Shown here one piece after another: positions 1 to 8,654 of a stretch of 32,000 nt of DNA (position 1 is the stretch's first letter; each line of letters starts with the position of its first letter). The position numbers were made by a program, and so were the translations under genes. This DNA is from Candidatus Saccharimonadota bacterium (lineage in GTDB: Bacteria > Patescibacteriota > Saccharimonadia > Saccharimonadales > UBA4665), in assembly GCA_016699935.1 (NCBI GenBank), contig CP064992.1, forward strand, positions 480,001 through 512,000, given 5' to 3'. The notes under the pieces were generated by a model, which made no database searches, was not told where the DNA came from, and worked only from the letters and a program-made list of their open reading frames with translations.

Positions 1-446
1 AGATTTCTTTTTTTGGCGTCAAGGTGCGAATGCCCGCTTCGACATGGACACAGGCAACTCGGTGCATAAATGAACTGAGGCCAATAGCCATTGAGGTACT
101 GGTATCACCGTGTATGTAGGGAAGAGGAGTTTTGCCTTGGGCTTGGAGCCATTTGATAACAGCGCCGAACCGCTCGATCATTTGTGCAATTTTGCTATGC
201 AGCGTGCCCTCTATGCTCAGAAGAATATCTGGTTTGATGCCGAATTCCTCCATCATGCCGCCGCTATAACGGAAGTCGTAGTGCTGACCGGTGTGGCACA
301 GAAGAACGAGTTCACCGCGCGCTTTTAGTTCGTGATACAACGGCGCTTGCTTGATGATATCGGGTTTTGTCGCTATGAGGACAACGTGAACGATTTTTTG
401 TCTGACGACAGAACGGTTTCTGTTGCTTCGGGGTAAAATAGTCCAC
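1..446 (-). CDS. wecB: UDP-N-acetylglucosamine 2-epimerase (non-hydrolysing), N-terminal part; C-terminus lies beyond window start
   Basis: The frame is open to the window edge, so it is absent from the ORF track. My minus-strand translation reads KIVHVVLIATKPDIIKQAPLYHELKARGELVLLCHTGQHYDF...PYIHGDTSTSMAIGLSSFMHRVACVHVEAGIRT. This matches the N-terminal Rossmann half and the HVEAG(L/I)R motif of epimerase_2 enzymes. No in-frame start codon lies just before KIVHVV. GTG at 446 fits only if the T6 run at 394-399 is one base too long. Track ORF 110..328 (+) is its antisense shadow. Confidence 0.7.
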
Positions 447-458
447 TGGGCTCTCTTT

Positions 459-1577
459 CTATAAGTATTTATCAAGACCGCGCTGCTTGATTTCTTCTAT
501 TACTGACTTGATATCTTGGCTATGATCTTTATGCATGACAAGCAGCGAATCAGCCGTGTCTACGACAATGATGTCCTTGAGACCAACGGTGGCAATAAGC
601 TTTGTCGGGTTTTCCGTACGCACCATGCAACCCTGGCTATCGACGTCTATGTGGTGCGGAGTGTGAGCAACAACGCGGCTGGCATCGCCGTTTGTGTCGG
701 CAAGGAGGTCGTGCAAAGCGCTCCAGTTACCTATGTCGTCCCAGTGGAACTCAGCGGGGATAAGGACGAGCGGGAACTTTCGAGAGTTGATTACTTCAAT
801 CTCGTGAAGCATCTTGGGGGCAGATTCAAAGCAGTCTGCAGTATTGGTGTCGAGATATTGACGTACGCCCGACACGCTTTCGGGGCTAGCTTCGGTGTAT
901 GCCTCAAGCAGTGTTTTGGCTGCAAAGCAGTAGTAGGCGACGTTCCAGAAGAAATCATTACTCTGCGCATAGCGCTTCGCTACGGGATAGCTTGGCTTTT
1001 CAATGAACTTTTCGACGGAATAGACTTTTGGATTGGACTGAATTTCAGCATCAACCTTAATATATCCGAGTCCGGTGTCGGGGCGGGTTGGTCTAACTCC
1101 CATGAGCGCGATGTGCTCAGGATGCTCCGCGACGTACGAGTGCGCCTGCCGCAATACGTCCTGGAATGAATCTTTTTCAGCGATAGCGTGGTCAGACGCC
1201 ATGGAGAAGATGATTGCTTTTGGGTCGCGCCTGTATAGCACTTCGGCGAACAGTGCGAAGGCGAGGGCTGGGCCTTTTGCTACGGGTTCAACAACAAAAT
1301 TTTCGGCCGGTATTTCAGGGAGTAAAGCCTTGATTTTTTCAACGTAATTAGACGTCGTCGATACGAGTATATGATCAGATTCATATACCCCTCGAAGCCG
1401 CTCGTAGGTGTCCTCCAGAAGTGAATGTTCGCTCACGAGGCTTTGCATTTGCTTGGGCAATTCTTGGCGACTAATCGGCCACAGTCTAGTACCAGACCCA
1501 CCAGCGACAATAACGGCATAATTATGCTTGGAATTCACTAATTTCTCCTTTTCATCAATACCTATACTACTATACAT
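459..1577 (-). CDS. manC: mannose-1-phosphate guanylyltransferase (nucleotidyltransferase family)
   Basis: Intact 372-aa ORF. The N-terminal AVIVAGGSGTRLWPISR matches the GGxGTRLWP signature of ManC/CpsB-type guanylyltransferases. It lies directly upstream of wecB on the same strand. Confidence 0.85.
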   Translation of the reverse strand: MYSSIGIDEKEKLVNSKHNYAVIVAGGSGTRLWPISRQELPKQMQSLVSEHSLLEDTYERLRGVYESDHILVSTTSNYVEKIKALLPEIPAENFVVEPVAKGPALAFALFAEVLYRRDPKAIIFSMASDHAIAEKDSFQDVLRQAHSYVAEHPEHIALMGVRPTRPDTGLGYIKVDAEIQSNPKVYSVEKFIEKPSYPVAKRYAQSNDFFWNVAYYCFAAKTLLEAYTEASPESVSGVRQYLDTNTADCFESAPKMLHEIEVINSRKFPLVLIPAEFHWDDIGNWSALHDLLADTNGDASRVVAHTPHHIDVDSQGCMVRTENPTKLIATVGLKDIIVVDTADSLLVMHKDHSQDIKSVIEEIKQRGLDKYL

Positions 1578-1866
1578 CAGCGTATCTGGCTGAACCAGCT
1601 AACGTGATTACTTGAGATTCTATGCGAGTTTCTTTCTGAAGTGGATTTGTTTACAAATTACCATCTTAAATTTTAAAAAAATCTAAAATATACTAGAGAA
1701 TGTCATAAAGAAATGGGAACAAACACTGGTCACACTGTGTTGTCGATGTAATTTTCCATCGAAAAGGGGTTCGCACCTCAGTCTGCGGTTGATTAAAATT
1801 GAGATAACAAGGTTGGGATGAATTGTGTTTTTAAGGTGTTGCTTTTCAACCTGTTACAATAGTGTT

Positions 1867-3623
1867 ATGAAATATGAAATTGAGGTGTTGCTTGCAAGCC
1901 TAGTTAGAAACGCCTTTGGCGTTGATATTGTCGTGGAGTTGACGAGGCCAGAGGCACAGTTTGGTGACTATTCGACAAATGTGGCGTTGCAGTTGAGCAA
2001 ACAATTGGGCAAAAACCCCCGCGAGATCGCCGAAAACCTAGCCGAACATGTAAAAGGACAGTCCTCGCACATAACGGCGGTGGAGGTGGCTGGGCCGGGA
2101 TTTTTGAACATTTGGTTGAGCGACGAAGCGCTGCTTGAAGCAGTCAAGACTGACCGGTCGAAAAGTTGTCTGGTCAATCGATTGTCACCGAATATTCCGA
2201 CCCTAATCCGTTCAAGGTACTGCATGCTGGTCATTTGTACACCAGCATTGTGGGCGATGCGATCTCAAATCTTCTTGAGAACGCGGGCGCTACAGTGCAC
2301 CGGGTAAACTTTGGCGGTGATGTTGGCCTGCATGTTGGCAAAACAATGTGGGCAATTGTTCGCAATCTGGACGGCGAGAATCCAGAAAAACTAGCGACTA
2401 TTCCAGAGCCAGAGCGGTCGGAGTGGATGGCGCGATGTTATGTGACCGGGACGAACGCCTACGAAGATGATGAGACCGCCCGGGGTGAAATAGTAACGCT
2501 CAACAAGCGAGTTTATCAGCTTCATAACGACAACGATCATGACACGCCTTTCGCGCAAATCTATTGGACGTGCCGTCAGTGGAGCTATGACTATTTCGAT
2601 GCGTTTTATGCGCAGATTGGCAGTGGGTTTGAGAAATATTACCCAGAAAGTCAGACTGCCCCAGCGGGCTTGGCGGCTGTTAAAGAGCAGCTAGTCAAGG
2701 GTGTATTTGCCGAAAGTGATGGGGCGGTGATTTTTGATGGTGAGAAATATGGTCTACACACACGTGTGTTTATCAATAGCGAAGGATTGCCAACATACGA
2801 AGCCAAAGATGTCGGTTTAAGTCTCAAAAAGTGGGAAGATTATCATTTTGATAAGTCGGTCATCATAACCGGTAATGACATTGTCGAGTACATGAAGGTC
2901 GTATTGAAAGCTATCGAACAGTTCGAACCTAAACTGGCCGAGCGGACGCTACACATGACACATGGTAACGTAAAGCTAGCTGGCGGCGTGAAGATGAGCA
3001 GTCGTAAGGGCAATTTTCTGCGGGCAGTCGATGTTATAGATGCTGCCACAGAGGCTAGCCGAACCACCACTGGGCAGTCGCAAGATATGACGGTGCTGGC
3101 GGCCATCAAGTATTCGTTCTTAAAAAACCGCATCGGTGCAGATATCATCTTCATTCCGGAGGAGTCGGTAGCACAAGAAGGCAACAGCGGACCATACCTG
3201 CAGTACGCCCACGCCAGAGCCAGGAGTATTTTGGGCAAAATCCCAAACGACACCAATGCCAATGCGCTGGCGGCGAACAAACGAGCCGAGGGAGGGCAAA
3301 TGACTGCGAGCGTAGCGATGCAGGCACCCGAGGAGGGCGAGCCCCTCTCAATCAAAAACTGATCTTCAGCCCGACGAGCGCCTCCTAACCCAAAAACTCA
3401 CCGAGTACCCCGAGTTGTAGAAAAGGCTACGGCCGAACTGATGCCTCACCATATCTGTACCTATCTGTACGAACTGGCACAAGAATTCAATCGTTTTTAT
3501 GAAAAAAATCGAGTAATTGGTGACGAACGCGAAGCACTGCGACTATATTTGGTAGATACTTACGCCACTACCTTGAAAAACGGCCTCGAACTACTCGGCA
3601 TCCACGCCCCAGAGAGAATGTAG
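1867..3623 (+). CDS. argS: arginine--tRNA ligase, reading frame interrupted by 3 single-base indels
   Basis: Track pieces 1825-2307, 2166-3362 and 3441-3623 together form one class-I ArgRS. Motifs seen: N-terminal MKYEIEVLL.., HIGH-type PFKVLHAGHLY, KMSKS-type VKMSSRKGN, YLQYAHARARSIL, and the C-terminal DALR helix PHHICTYLYELAQEFNRFYE...APERM. The start is ATG 1867, 6 nt after TACAAT. The frame switches at A4 2161-2164, A5 3354-3358 and about 3415. Confidence 0.9.
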
Positions 3624-3624
3624 G

Positions 3625-4380
3625 ATGTCGCTGATTGCTACTATAAAGGTAGAGTTACGCGAGCAGGTGAATCCAGCTAGGGCGGCGAATGCACCGAGGT
3701 TTTTCAAAGCCGGCCCGGGTGAGTACGCCGAAGGGGATAAGTTCATCGGCATATCTGTACCCGACACCCGCGTCGTTGCCAAGAAATATCGTGACTTGCA
3801 GCTTTCGGAAGTTAGCAAACTGCTTCATAGCACGTGGCACGAAGAGCGATTAACGGCAATCTTCATACTGGTGAGTCAGTTTGAGCGTGGCACTGAAGCG
3901 ACCCGGCGCAAGTGCTACAATTTGTATCTAACCAACACAAAATATGTCAATAACTGGGATCTGGTAGATAGCAGCGCCAGTCGGATTGTCGGTGCCTTTC
4001 TGGTGGACAAGCCAGAAAGACTCGTAGTACTGGAAAAGCTGGCACATTCAGACCTTCTCTGGGAGCGGCGCATCGCCATGATAAGCACGCTTTATTATAT
4101 AGTCATCCTTGGCCGGGCTGATGAAGCAATCGTAGTTGCTGAAATATTACTGCATGACAAGCACGATCTCATACAAAAAGCGGTCGGTTGGATGCTGCGA
4201 GAGGTTGGCAAGCGGGTCGATCACTCACTACTGTGCGAATTTCTCGACCGACACGCTGCTACCATGCCGCGCACAACCCTACGCTATGCACTAGAACACT
4301 TCACCCCAGAGAAACGGCAGTATTATATGAGCAAAAAAGCTATAATGGAAACAGGGAGGCGAAATGACCAAACCAACTAA
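3625..4380 (+). CDS. DNA alkylation repair protein (AlkD-like HEAT-repeat glycosylase family)
   Basis: Intact 251-aa ORF. Its length and pattern (..NPARAANAPRFFKAGPGEYAEGDKFIGISVPDTRVVAKKY.., WDLVDSSA, IQKAVGWMLREVGK) match the DNA_alkylation family. The ATG overlaps the argS stop region (ATGTAGGATG). Confidence 0.7.
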   Translation: MSLIATIKVELREQVNPARAANAPRFFKAGPGEYAEGDKFIGISVPDTRVVAKKYRDLQLSEVSKLLHSTWHEERLTAIFILVSQFERGTEATRRKCYNLYLTNTKYVNNWDLVDSSASRIVGAFLVDKPERLVVLEKLAHSDLLWERRIAMISTLYYIVILGRADEAIVVAEILLHDKHDLIQKAVGWMLREVGKRVDHSLLCEFLDRHAATMPRTTLRYALEHFTPEKRQYYMSKKAIMETGRRNDQTN

Positions 4381-4759
4381 TATGCGTAAAGATCCAGTGG
4401 CGACAATATTTGATGAACCCGACGAAGCAGTCAAGCGTCAGCTGGGCGGATTTATCCATTTTCTTCGTGAAAAAGCCGTCGTCGGGCTGGCAGTAGGGTT
4501 TATCATCGGCCAGCAAGCTCAGGGACTTATCAAGCAGCTCGTCGATAGTTTCATAAGTCCATGGATGAACATAATCGTCGGTTCAAAACTGCAAGAACGC
4601 ACCTTTAGCCTTGGTGGTGAAAAATTCACTTGGGGCAAGTTTACCTACGTACTCGTCAACTTCCTGCTTGTGCTACTGGCAATATACGTAATTATCAAAG
4701 CTTTCAAGCTAGATAAACTAGATTTGCCAAAAGACGTGAAACCAAAGAAGAAAAAATGA
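4364..4759 (+). CDS. mscL: large-conductance mechanosensitive channel
   Basis: 131-aa ORF. GGFIHFLREKAVVGLAVGFIIGQQAQGLIKQLVDSFISP matches the MscL TM1 signature (F..F..rgNvvDLAVgviIG.aF..iV.slv.diI.P). There is a second TM and a basic C-terminal tail. Confidence 0.85.
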   Translation: MTKPTNMRKDPVATIFDEPDEAVKRQLGGFIHFLREKAVVGLAVGFIIGQQAQGLIKQLVDSFISPWMNIIVGSKLQERTFSLGGEKFTWGKFTYVLVNFLLVLLAIYVIIKAFKLDKLDLPKDVKPKKKK

Positions 4760-4796
4760 CATCCCAGGTGAACCCGTACCTTTCTGATGAGCAAAA

Positions 4797-5147
4797 ATGG
4801 TTTTGTTTGAGAAGAGTACAGAGGCGCCTGGTAGCGGGGAATTGCTCGGTGAATCTCGTAGCGGAATATACAGGTGCGTAAACTGCGGTGCTGAGCTTTT
4901 CAAAAGCGATGCCAAGTATGAGTCAAAAACGCCTGGGCTAGTCGGCTGGCCCAGTTTTGCTGAAGCGGCAAGCAATGAAGCTCTTGTTTTGACTCCTGAT
5001 AATGAACTCGGCATGTCCCGTACCGAAGTTACCTGTGCCAAATGTGGCGGCCACCTCGGCCACCTTTTCACCGGCGTAGATGACCACCCATCCGGCAACC
5101 ATTACTGCATAAACTCCTGCGCCCTGGATTTTACAGAGAAAGTATAG
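4797..5147 (+). CDS. msrB: peptide-methionine (R)-S-oxide reductase
   Basis: GIYRCVNCGAELFKSDAKYESKTPGLVGWPSF...TEVTCAKCGGHLGHLF...YCINSCAL is the SelR/MsrB fold with both CxxC pairs. The gene probably starts at ATG 4756, which overlaps the mscL stop as ATGA. That start reads MTSQVNPYLSDEQK, and adding one A to the A5 run at 4793-4797 joins it in frame to MVLFEKSTEAPGSGE. Confidence 0.85.
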   Translation: MVLFEKSTEAPGSGELLGESRSGIYRCVNCGAELFKSDAKYESKTPGLVGWPSFAEAASNEALVLTPDNELGMSRTEVTCAKCGGHLGHLFTGVDDHPSGNHYCINSCALDFTEKV

Positions 5148-5216
5148 ATTTAATAATGTGTTCTTTGCGTGGATAATGGTAGACTTGAAGTTGAAGTTCA
5201 TGTTAAACTAAGTCAC

Positions 5217-5489
5217 ATGACAACGATTACAGCAGTTGAACTAAGGAAAAACATGGGCGAAATTTTCCGCCGGGCGGCAGCAGGCGAAGAGTTTGCAGTG
5301 ACATACCGGGGGAGAGATCAGATTGTTGTTTCACGCAAGAAGCAACAACACAAGAAGTCTGAACTATCCGGCCTTGATAAATTTCTGGCTGCACCGAGAA
5401 AACCGTCTGGCCTCGACCCAAACAAATCTTTCAAAGAGCTTTACCACGAACACCTCGAAGAGAAATACGGTAAATATGTCCACAATTAA
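5217..5489 (+). CDS. type II antitoxin, Phd/YefM family
   Basis: MTTITAVELRKNMGEIFRRAAAGEEFAVTYRGRDQIVVSRK is the Phd/YefM N-terminal fold pattern. ATG 5217 lies 7 nt after TAAACT (5204-5209). The gene overlaps the downstream PIN gene by 14 nt. Confidence 0.75.
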   Translation: MTTITAVELRKNMGEIFRRAAAGEEFAVTYRGRDQIVVSRKKQQHKKSELSGLDKFLAAPRKPSGLDPNKSFKELYHEHLEEKYGKYVHN

Positions 5490-5873
5490 TACTGGAGGCG
5501 TATTTTTTGATGCAAATGTAGTACTGAAATTGTCGGTCAACGCCGCTACGCCAAAGAAGCGCAACATGTTATGCGGGAAAACCCTGGGCAGCTTTCTGTG
5601 TCAGCGCTCACGGTACATTTGGTCATGTATTTTGGTAATAAATCCCATTCGGTACAATCGCTAAAAGATTTGCTCTCGGATTTTGAGGTATTAGGGCTCG
5701 AACCGAGCGATGTGGCGTGGGCATTTGACCATATGGTGAAAAATGATTTCGAGGATGCCTTGCAAGTATCGGTAGCTCTCCGTGCGGGCTGCGAGGTGTT
5801 TTATACATCCGACCGAGGGCTATATGATGCATACAAAGGTTTGTCGCAAATACAAGTTAAACTCCTTCGTTAG
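5476..5873 (+). CDS. vapC: PIN-domain toxin (VapC-like), frame broken by one indel
   Basis: The N-terminus MSTINTGGVFFDANVVLK carries the first PIN acidic residue. The C-terminal part (track ORF 5571-5873) has SVSALTVHLVMYFG and FEDALQVSVALRAGCEVFYTSDRGL, typical of PIN ends. The two frames join if one base is added near 5526-5530 (gaaatt). Confidence 0.7.
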
Positions 5874-5879
5874 GCGACT

Positions 5880-5921
5880 GTTTTAGCATTCTTCGTGGTA
5901 GTTGTTGCCCCAGGGGCGGCC
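5880..5921. repeat. orphan copy of the hxlR 3' end (direct repeat A)
   Basis: gttttagcattcttcgtggtagttgttgccccaggggcggcc aligns with 6787-6825. It shares identical blocks of 16, 13 and 5 nt, with 1 substitution and 2 homopolymer-length differences. On the minus strand it reads ..WGNNYHEEC*, against the intact hxlR end ..WGNKYHEEC*. Confidence 0.85.
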
Positions 5922-5969
5922 GCTTCCAATGATCAAACTAACGGAAACAAACATATTAAGTCACGAACA

Positions 5970-6371
5970 CTACGCTGCGATATTACTGGGTGGCGGTGCT
6001 GTAGCTGAAGCATCTTCCCACTTAAAAAGATTAGAGCCTTCCTTGATTGGGCTGACGTGTTCGCCTAACTCTGCTAAAAGCCTATAGTACGTTTCGCCAT
6101 ATTTATCGGGCACGCCGACATGATCTTCGTCGCCTAAATACACACGACCCGGGTAAACGTATGCTGTACCGTTCGTATCTTCGACCCGGAAATGCTCTTG
6201 TACATGGTCTCTTTCTACGGTGTATGGCCACTCTGTATGTTCGGCAGGCTTAAACCAAGTTACCACTCTCAAAGGTTTACCCTCTTCGTCCTGAGATGTG
6301 ACGACGGATATTTCAACACCAATGCGGTTTTTCGGGCTACCTTCGTTACTAGACATATTAACTTCGCTCAT
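5970..6371 (-). CDS. hypothetical acidic protein (133 aa), cassette ORF-C
   Basis: Intact track ORF with no motif I recognise. Its ATG overlaps the stop of the upstream small ORF as ATGA. The same frame stays open upstream to about 6545 without a start codon. Confidence 0.5.
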   Translation of the reverse strand: MSEVNMSSNEGSPKNRIGVEISVVTSQDEEGKPLRVVTWFKPAEHTEWPYTVERDHVQEHFRVEDTNGTAYVYPGRVYLGDEDHVGVPDKYGETYYRLLAELGEHVSPIKEGSNLFKWEDASATAPPPSNIAA

Positions 6372-6472
6372 GGCTGCAGGTGCGCCCTGCTGCGAGTGAC
6401 CTTTGATCGATCTTGAAGAGCCAATCCAAGTAATACCTCTACCGGCACGTTCATCTTTATGCCATCGCTCAT
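6368..6472 (-). CDS. small hypothetical ORF (34 aa), cassette ORF-B
   Basis: My translation gives MSDGIKMNVPVEVLLGLALQDRSKVTRSRAHLQP*. It is below the track length cutoff. It couples to ORF-C through an ATGA overlap. Its reality and phase are uncertain given the indel noise. Confidence 0.3.
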   Translation of the reverse strand: MSDGIKMNVPVEVLLGLALQDRSKVTRSRAHLQP

Positions 6473-6487
6473 GATCCTTTTCGCTTG

Positions 6488-6681
6488 CTATTGAAACTGA
6501 ATTTTGTACGCAGCATTCACGAGACGAGACCGTCTAAAGGCTTCAGTTCTTAAAAGATCGACTTGATATTCCTCAAGTGGTCCATTTAATACTAAGCCTG
6601 CTAATCTATGAGCAGCTGTATTTTTGTCAGAGACTGTAGGGCTTATTTCACCGGCTTGTTTTTATGGTTGATTACGGTCAT
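6488..6681 (-). CDS. small hypothetical protein (~64 aa after 1-nt correction), cassette ORF-A
   Basis: ATG 6681 sits 6 nt downstream of a consensus promoter. As sequenced it reads MTVINHKNKPVK*. Adding one A to the A5 run (cataaaaac) gives MTVINHKKQAGEISPTVSDKNTAAHRLAGLVLNGPLEEYQVDLLRTEAFRRSRLVNAAYKIQFQ*. Confidence 0.4.
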
Positions 6682-6687
6682 GCTTTA

Positions 6688-6716
6688 ATATTAGCACAAA
6701 AAGACAAGCATGTCAA
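6688..6716 (-). promoter_or_regulatory. sigma70-type promoter TTGACA-17-TAATAT driving the orphan cassette (leaderless)
   Basis: On the minus strand, TTGACA is at + coordinates 6711-6716 and TAATAT at 6688-6693, separated by a 17-nt spacer. Six nt (taaagc) then lead to ATG 6681. The 9-mer GTTTGACAT containing the -35 box is repeated 29 bp upstream (+ 6739-6747). Confidence 0.65.
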
Positions 6717-6786
6717 ACATATATTATAAAAATAGACTATGTCAAACGCAAGTTCCCGGTGAATGACTCTCTTAGATGTTTTGCGT

Positions 6787-6825
6787 GTTTAGCATTCTTC
6801 GTGGTATTTGTTGCCCCAGGCGGCC
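6787..6825. repeat. direct repeat B (functional 3' end of hxlR)
   Basis: Partner of 5880-5921; see the alignment given for that feature. Confidence 0.85.
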
Positions 6826-7125
6826 ATGGTTTGGAGAACGGGGACTAGATCGCGACCTTTGTCGGTCAGAGTGTAGACGCTGCGTGGTGGCACTTCGGCA
6901 TATACCTTTTTGGTGATTATGCCGTGGTGTTCAAGAGTATCGAGGCGCTGGCTAAGGGTGCGGGGTTGATGGTACCAACCAGTTTTCTAGTTCGCCAAAA
7001 CGTTTTGGCCCGCTGTAAAGATCGCGGATGATTAGCGCTGTCCATTTCTGGCCGATGACACGCAGCGCCGAAGCAATGCAGCCAATTTGTGGTTCGATAG
7101 GGGCTGGTTTGGTTGGATTTGTCAT
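6789..7125 (-). CDS. HxlR-family winged-helix transcriptional regulator, one frameshift
   Basis: MTNPTKPAPIEPQIGCIASALRVIGQKWTALIIRDLYSGPKRFGELENWLVPS continues, after a frame switch, as ..RTLSQRLDTLEHHGIITKKVYAEVPPRSVYTLTDKGRDLVPVLQTMAAWGNKYHEEC*. Removing one base from the G4 run at 6962-6965 restores the frame. The track start at 7197 is an alternative. Confidence 0.8.
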
Positions 7126-7181
7126 GATAATCTTGCTTTTCCGTTGGAGATCCTTCGGCTCACTTAGTTCGCTCAGGGTAT

Positions 7182-7200
7182 AGTATGTTTGGAACATACT
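7182..7200. promoter_or_regulatory. candidate operator palindrome in hxlR / FMN-reductase divergent region
   Basis: AGTATGTTtggAACATACT has perfect 8-bp arms with a 3-nt spacer. A second 10-bp perfect palindrome, TACACGTGTA, lies at 7215-7224. Confidence 0.45.
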
Positions 7201-7263
7201 TTACTTTGTATAGTTACACGTGTATACTTACTATATAAAGTATATCATAAGAAGGGAAAAACA

Positions 7264-7838
7264 ATGAAATTAGCAATTATTATCGGCAGTACTCGTGGGT
7301 CGCAGTACCGATCGTGTGGCAAAATGGGTGGCAGATGCCGCTAGCAAAGTTGCAGGTGCAGAAGTTGAAGTGCTCGATTTACGCGATTACGAACTGCCCA
7401 TGTTCAATGAGGCAATTTCTCCTCAGTACAACCCCGACCGCAAACCTGAAGGTGCTGTCAAAAATTGGCTCGATGCTTTATCCAAAAACGATGCATTTAT
7501 AGTCGTTACACCTGAATATAACCGTTCGATACCAGCCGTGCTCAAAAACGCTTTTGACCACGTTGGGTACGAGCTAACCAAAAACCTATCGCTATTGCTG
7601 CACATGGTTCTGCCAATGGCGCTCAAGCTGTCTCACATTTGCGAGGCATAATTTCTGGAGTGCTGGCAGTAAGTGTGCCGGCAGCAGTTTTGTTCCAATG
7701 GCTGGCATGGCTTTTGATGAATCCGGAAACCTTAATGCCGATTTAGCTGCCAACCCTTATGGTCCTGTTGCTGCTTTGCAAACCATGTTGGCAGATTTGC
7801 AGTGGTACAGCGACGCTCTTGCCGCTGCTCGTAAGTAA
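7264..7838 (+). CDS. NAD(P)H-dependent FMN reductase (flavodoxin-like fold), 3 frameshifts
   Basis: MKLAIIIGSTR + GRSTDRVAKWVADAA...NDAFIVVTPEYNRSIPAVLKNAFDHV... + PIAIAAHGSANGAQAVSHLRGIISGVLAVSVPAAV + ..GMAFDESGNLNADLAANPYGPVAALQTMLADLQWYSDALAAARK*. The frame switches at G3 7296-7298, A5 7579-7583 and T4 7688-7691. A Shine-Dalgarno-like GAAGGG lies upstream of ATG 7264. Confidence 0.75.
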
Positions 7839-7971
7839 TAGTTGTTTATAAGTGAGGCTTTTTGCTTTCGCCGGGCCAACATCTTATAAGTTGTCTTGCT
7901 ACTGCGTCGATTCCCATGTGGTCTACAGCCACCGACTTATCTCATAACTCTATCTAACGTATACTAGTAGT

Positions 7972-8598
7972 ATGAAAGTCGTGGTTTTTGGAGCGTCCGG
8001 ACGAGTTGGTTCAAAAGTAGTCGCGCTTTTGCAAAAAAATGGTCATGATGTGTTAGCGGTGGTGCATTCGAATGACCCATTTCTCGCGACATCGAATCTG
8101 CAGGTAGTACAGCTAGATGTTCACGATCAAGTGAAAGTGGCCGAAGTTATTTCGCAGTCCCAGGCGGTTTTGTCTGCTCTGAGTAACTGGGGGAGCAAAG
8201 AAGGTGATGTGCTTACGGTGGCCATGCAGGCGATAGTGCCGGCGATGAAGTCAGCTGGTGTGAGGCGTATTATTTCGCTGACCGGCAATGCAGCCTTTAC
8301 AACAGAGGATAAACCGACGACCTGGCAAAAAGCTAACCGGGCAATGCTAGCTAAAATTGCCCCGAAAGTGTTAGCTGACGGCGAAAAACATATGAAAATT
8401 CTGCTAGATTCGGATCTCGACTGGACAGTTATACGCTCGCCAGTGATGAATGAGATTGGCCACCAACGCTATAGGTTGTCTGAAAAGCTGTCTGGTACGA
8501 CGGCCACTATCCACCGCCAAGCCGTTGCTCAGGCGATGGTTGATCAGCTGGACAACACGACGTGGTTCCAGAAAACTCCCGTCATCTGGCGTGCATGA
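7972..8598 (+). CDS. NAD(P)H-binding protein (NmrA/atypical SDR-like)
   Basis: Intact 208-aa ORF. The N-terminal MKVVVFGASGRVGSKVV is a Rossmann GxxGxxG motif. ATG lies 6 nt after TATACT (7960-7965). Confidence 0.7.
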   Translation: MKVVVFGASGRVGSKVVALLQKNGHDVLAVVHSNDPFLATSNLQVVQLDVHDQVKVAEVISQSQAVLSALSNWGSKEGDVLTVAMQAIVPAMKSAGVRRIISLTGNAAFTTEDKPTTWQKANRAMLAKIAPKVLADGEKHMKILLDSDLDWTVIRSPVMNEIGHQRYRLSEKLSGTTATIHRQAVAQAMVDQLDNTTWFQKTPVIWRA

Positions 8599-8654
8599 AC
8601 GAAAAATATTGAAATACCATCGGGACAATCATTGAGCATGTCATACATCATCAC

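Noticed and set aside
110-328. Track ORF on + strand (72 aa)
   Set aside because: It has no recognisable motif. The opposite strand encodes clear UDP-GlcNAc 2-epimerase sequence across the same bases, so this is an antisense shadow.
1578-1866. Possible T-box leader or tRNA-like element upstream of argS (ggggttcgcacc at about 1768-1780)
   Set aside because: I found no T-box consensus (AAxxxGGGTGGTACCGCG-like) and no specifier-loop architecture. The TTCGCAC loop lacks the conserved A58, and no acceptor or anticodon arms can be drawn. The TACAAT 6 nt before ATG 1867 argues for a leaderless argS transcript instead.
3280-3345. Possible second, degenerate copy of the polA palindromic element inside the long argS linker (shares cgagcgtagc and agccgaggga 10-mers)
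   Set aside because: The shared 10-mers are in a different order and orientation from those in the polA element. No terminal inverted repeats are present. The similarity is too fragmentary to call without a genome-wide consensus.
5880-6825. Diversity-generating retroelement (template/variable repeat pair)
   Set aside because: The repeats are only ~40 bp and differ by one substitution plus homopolymer lengths, with no adenine-specific mutation pattern. No reverse transcriptase gene is present in the window.
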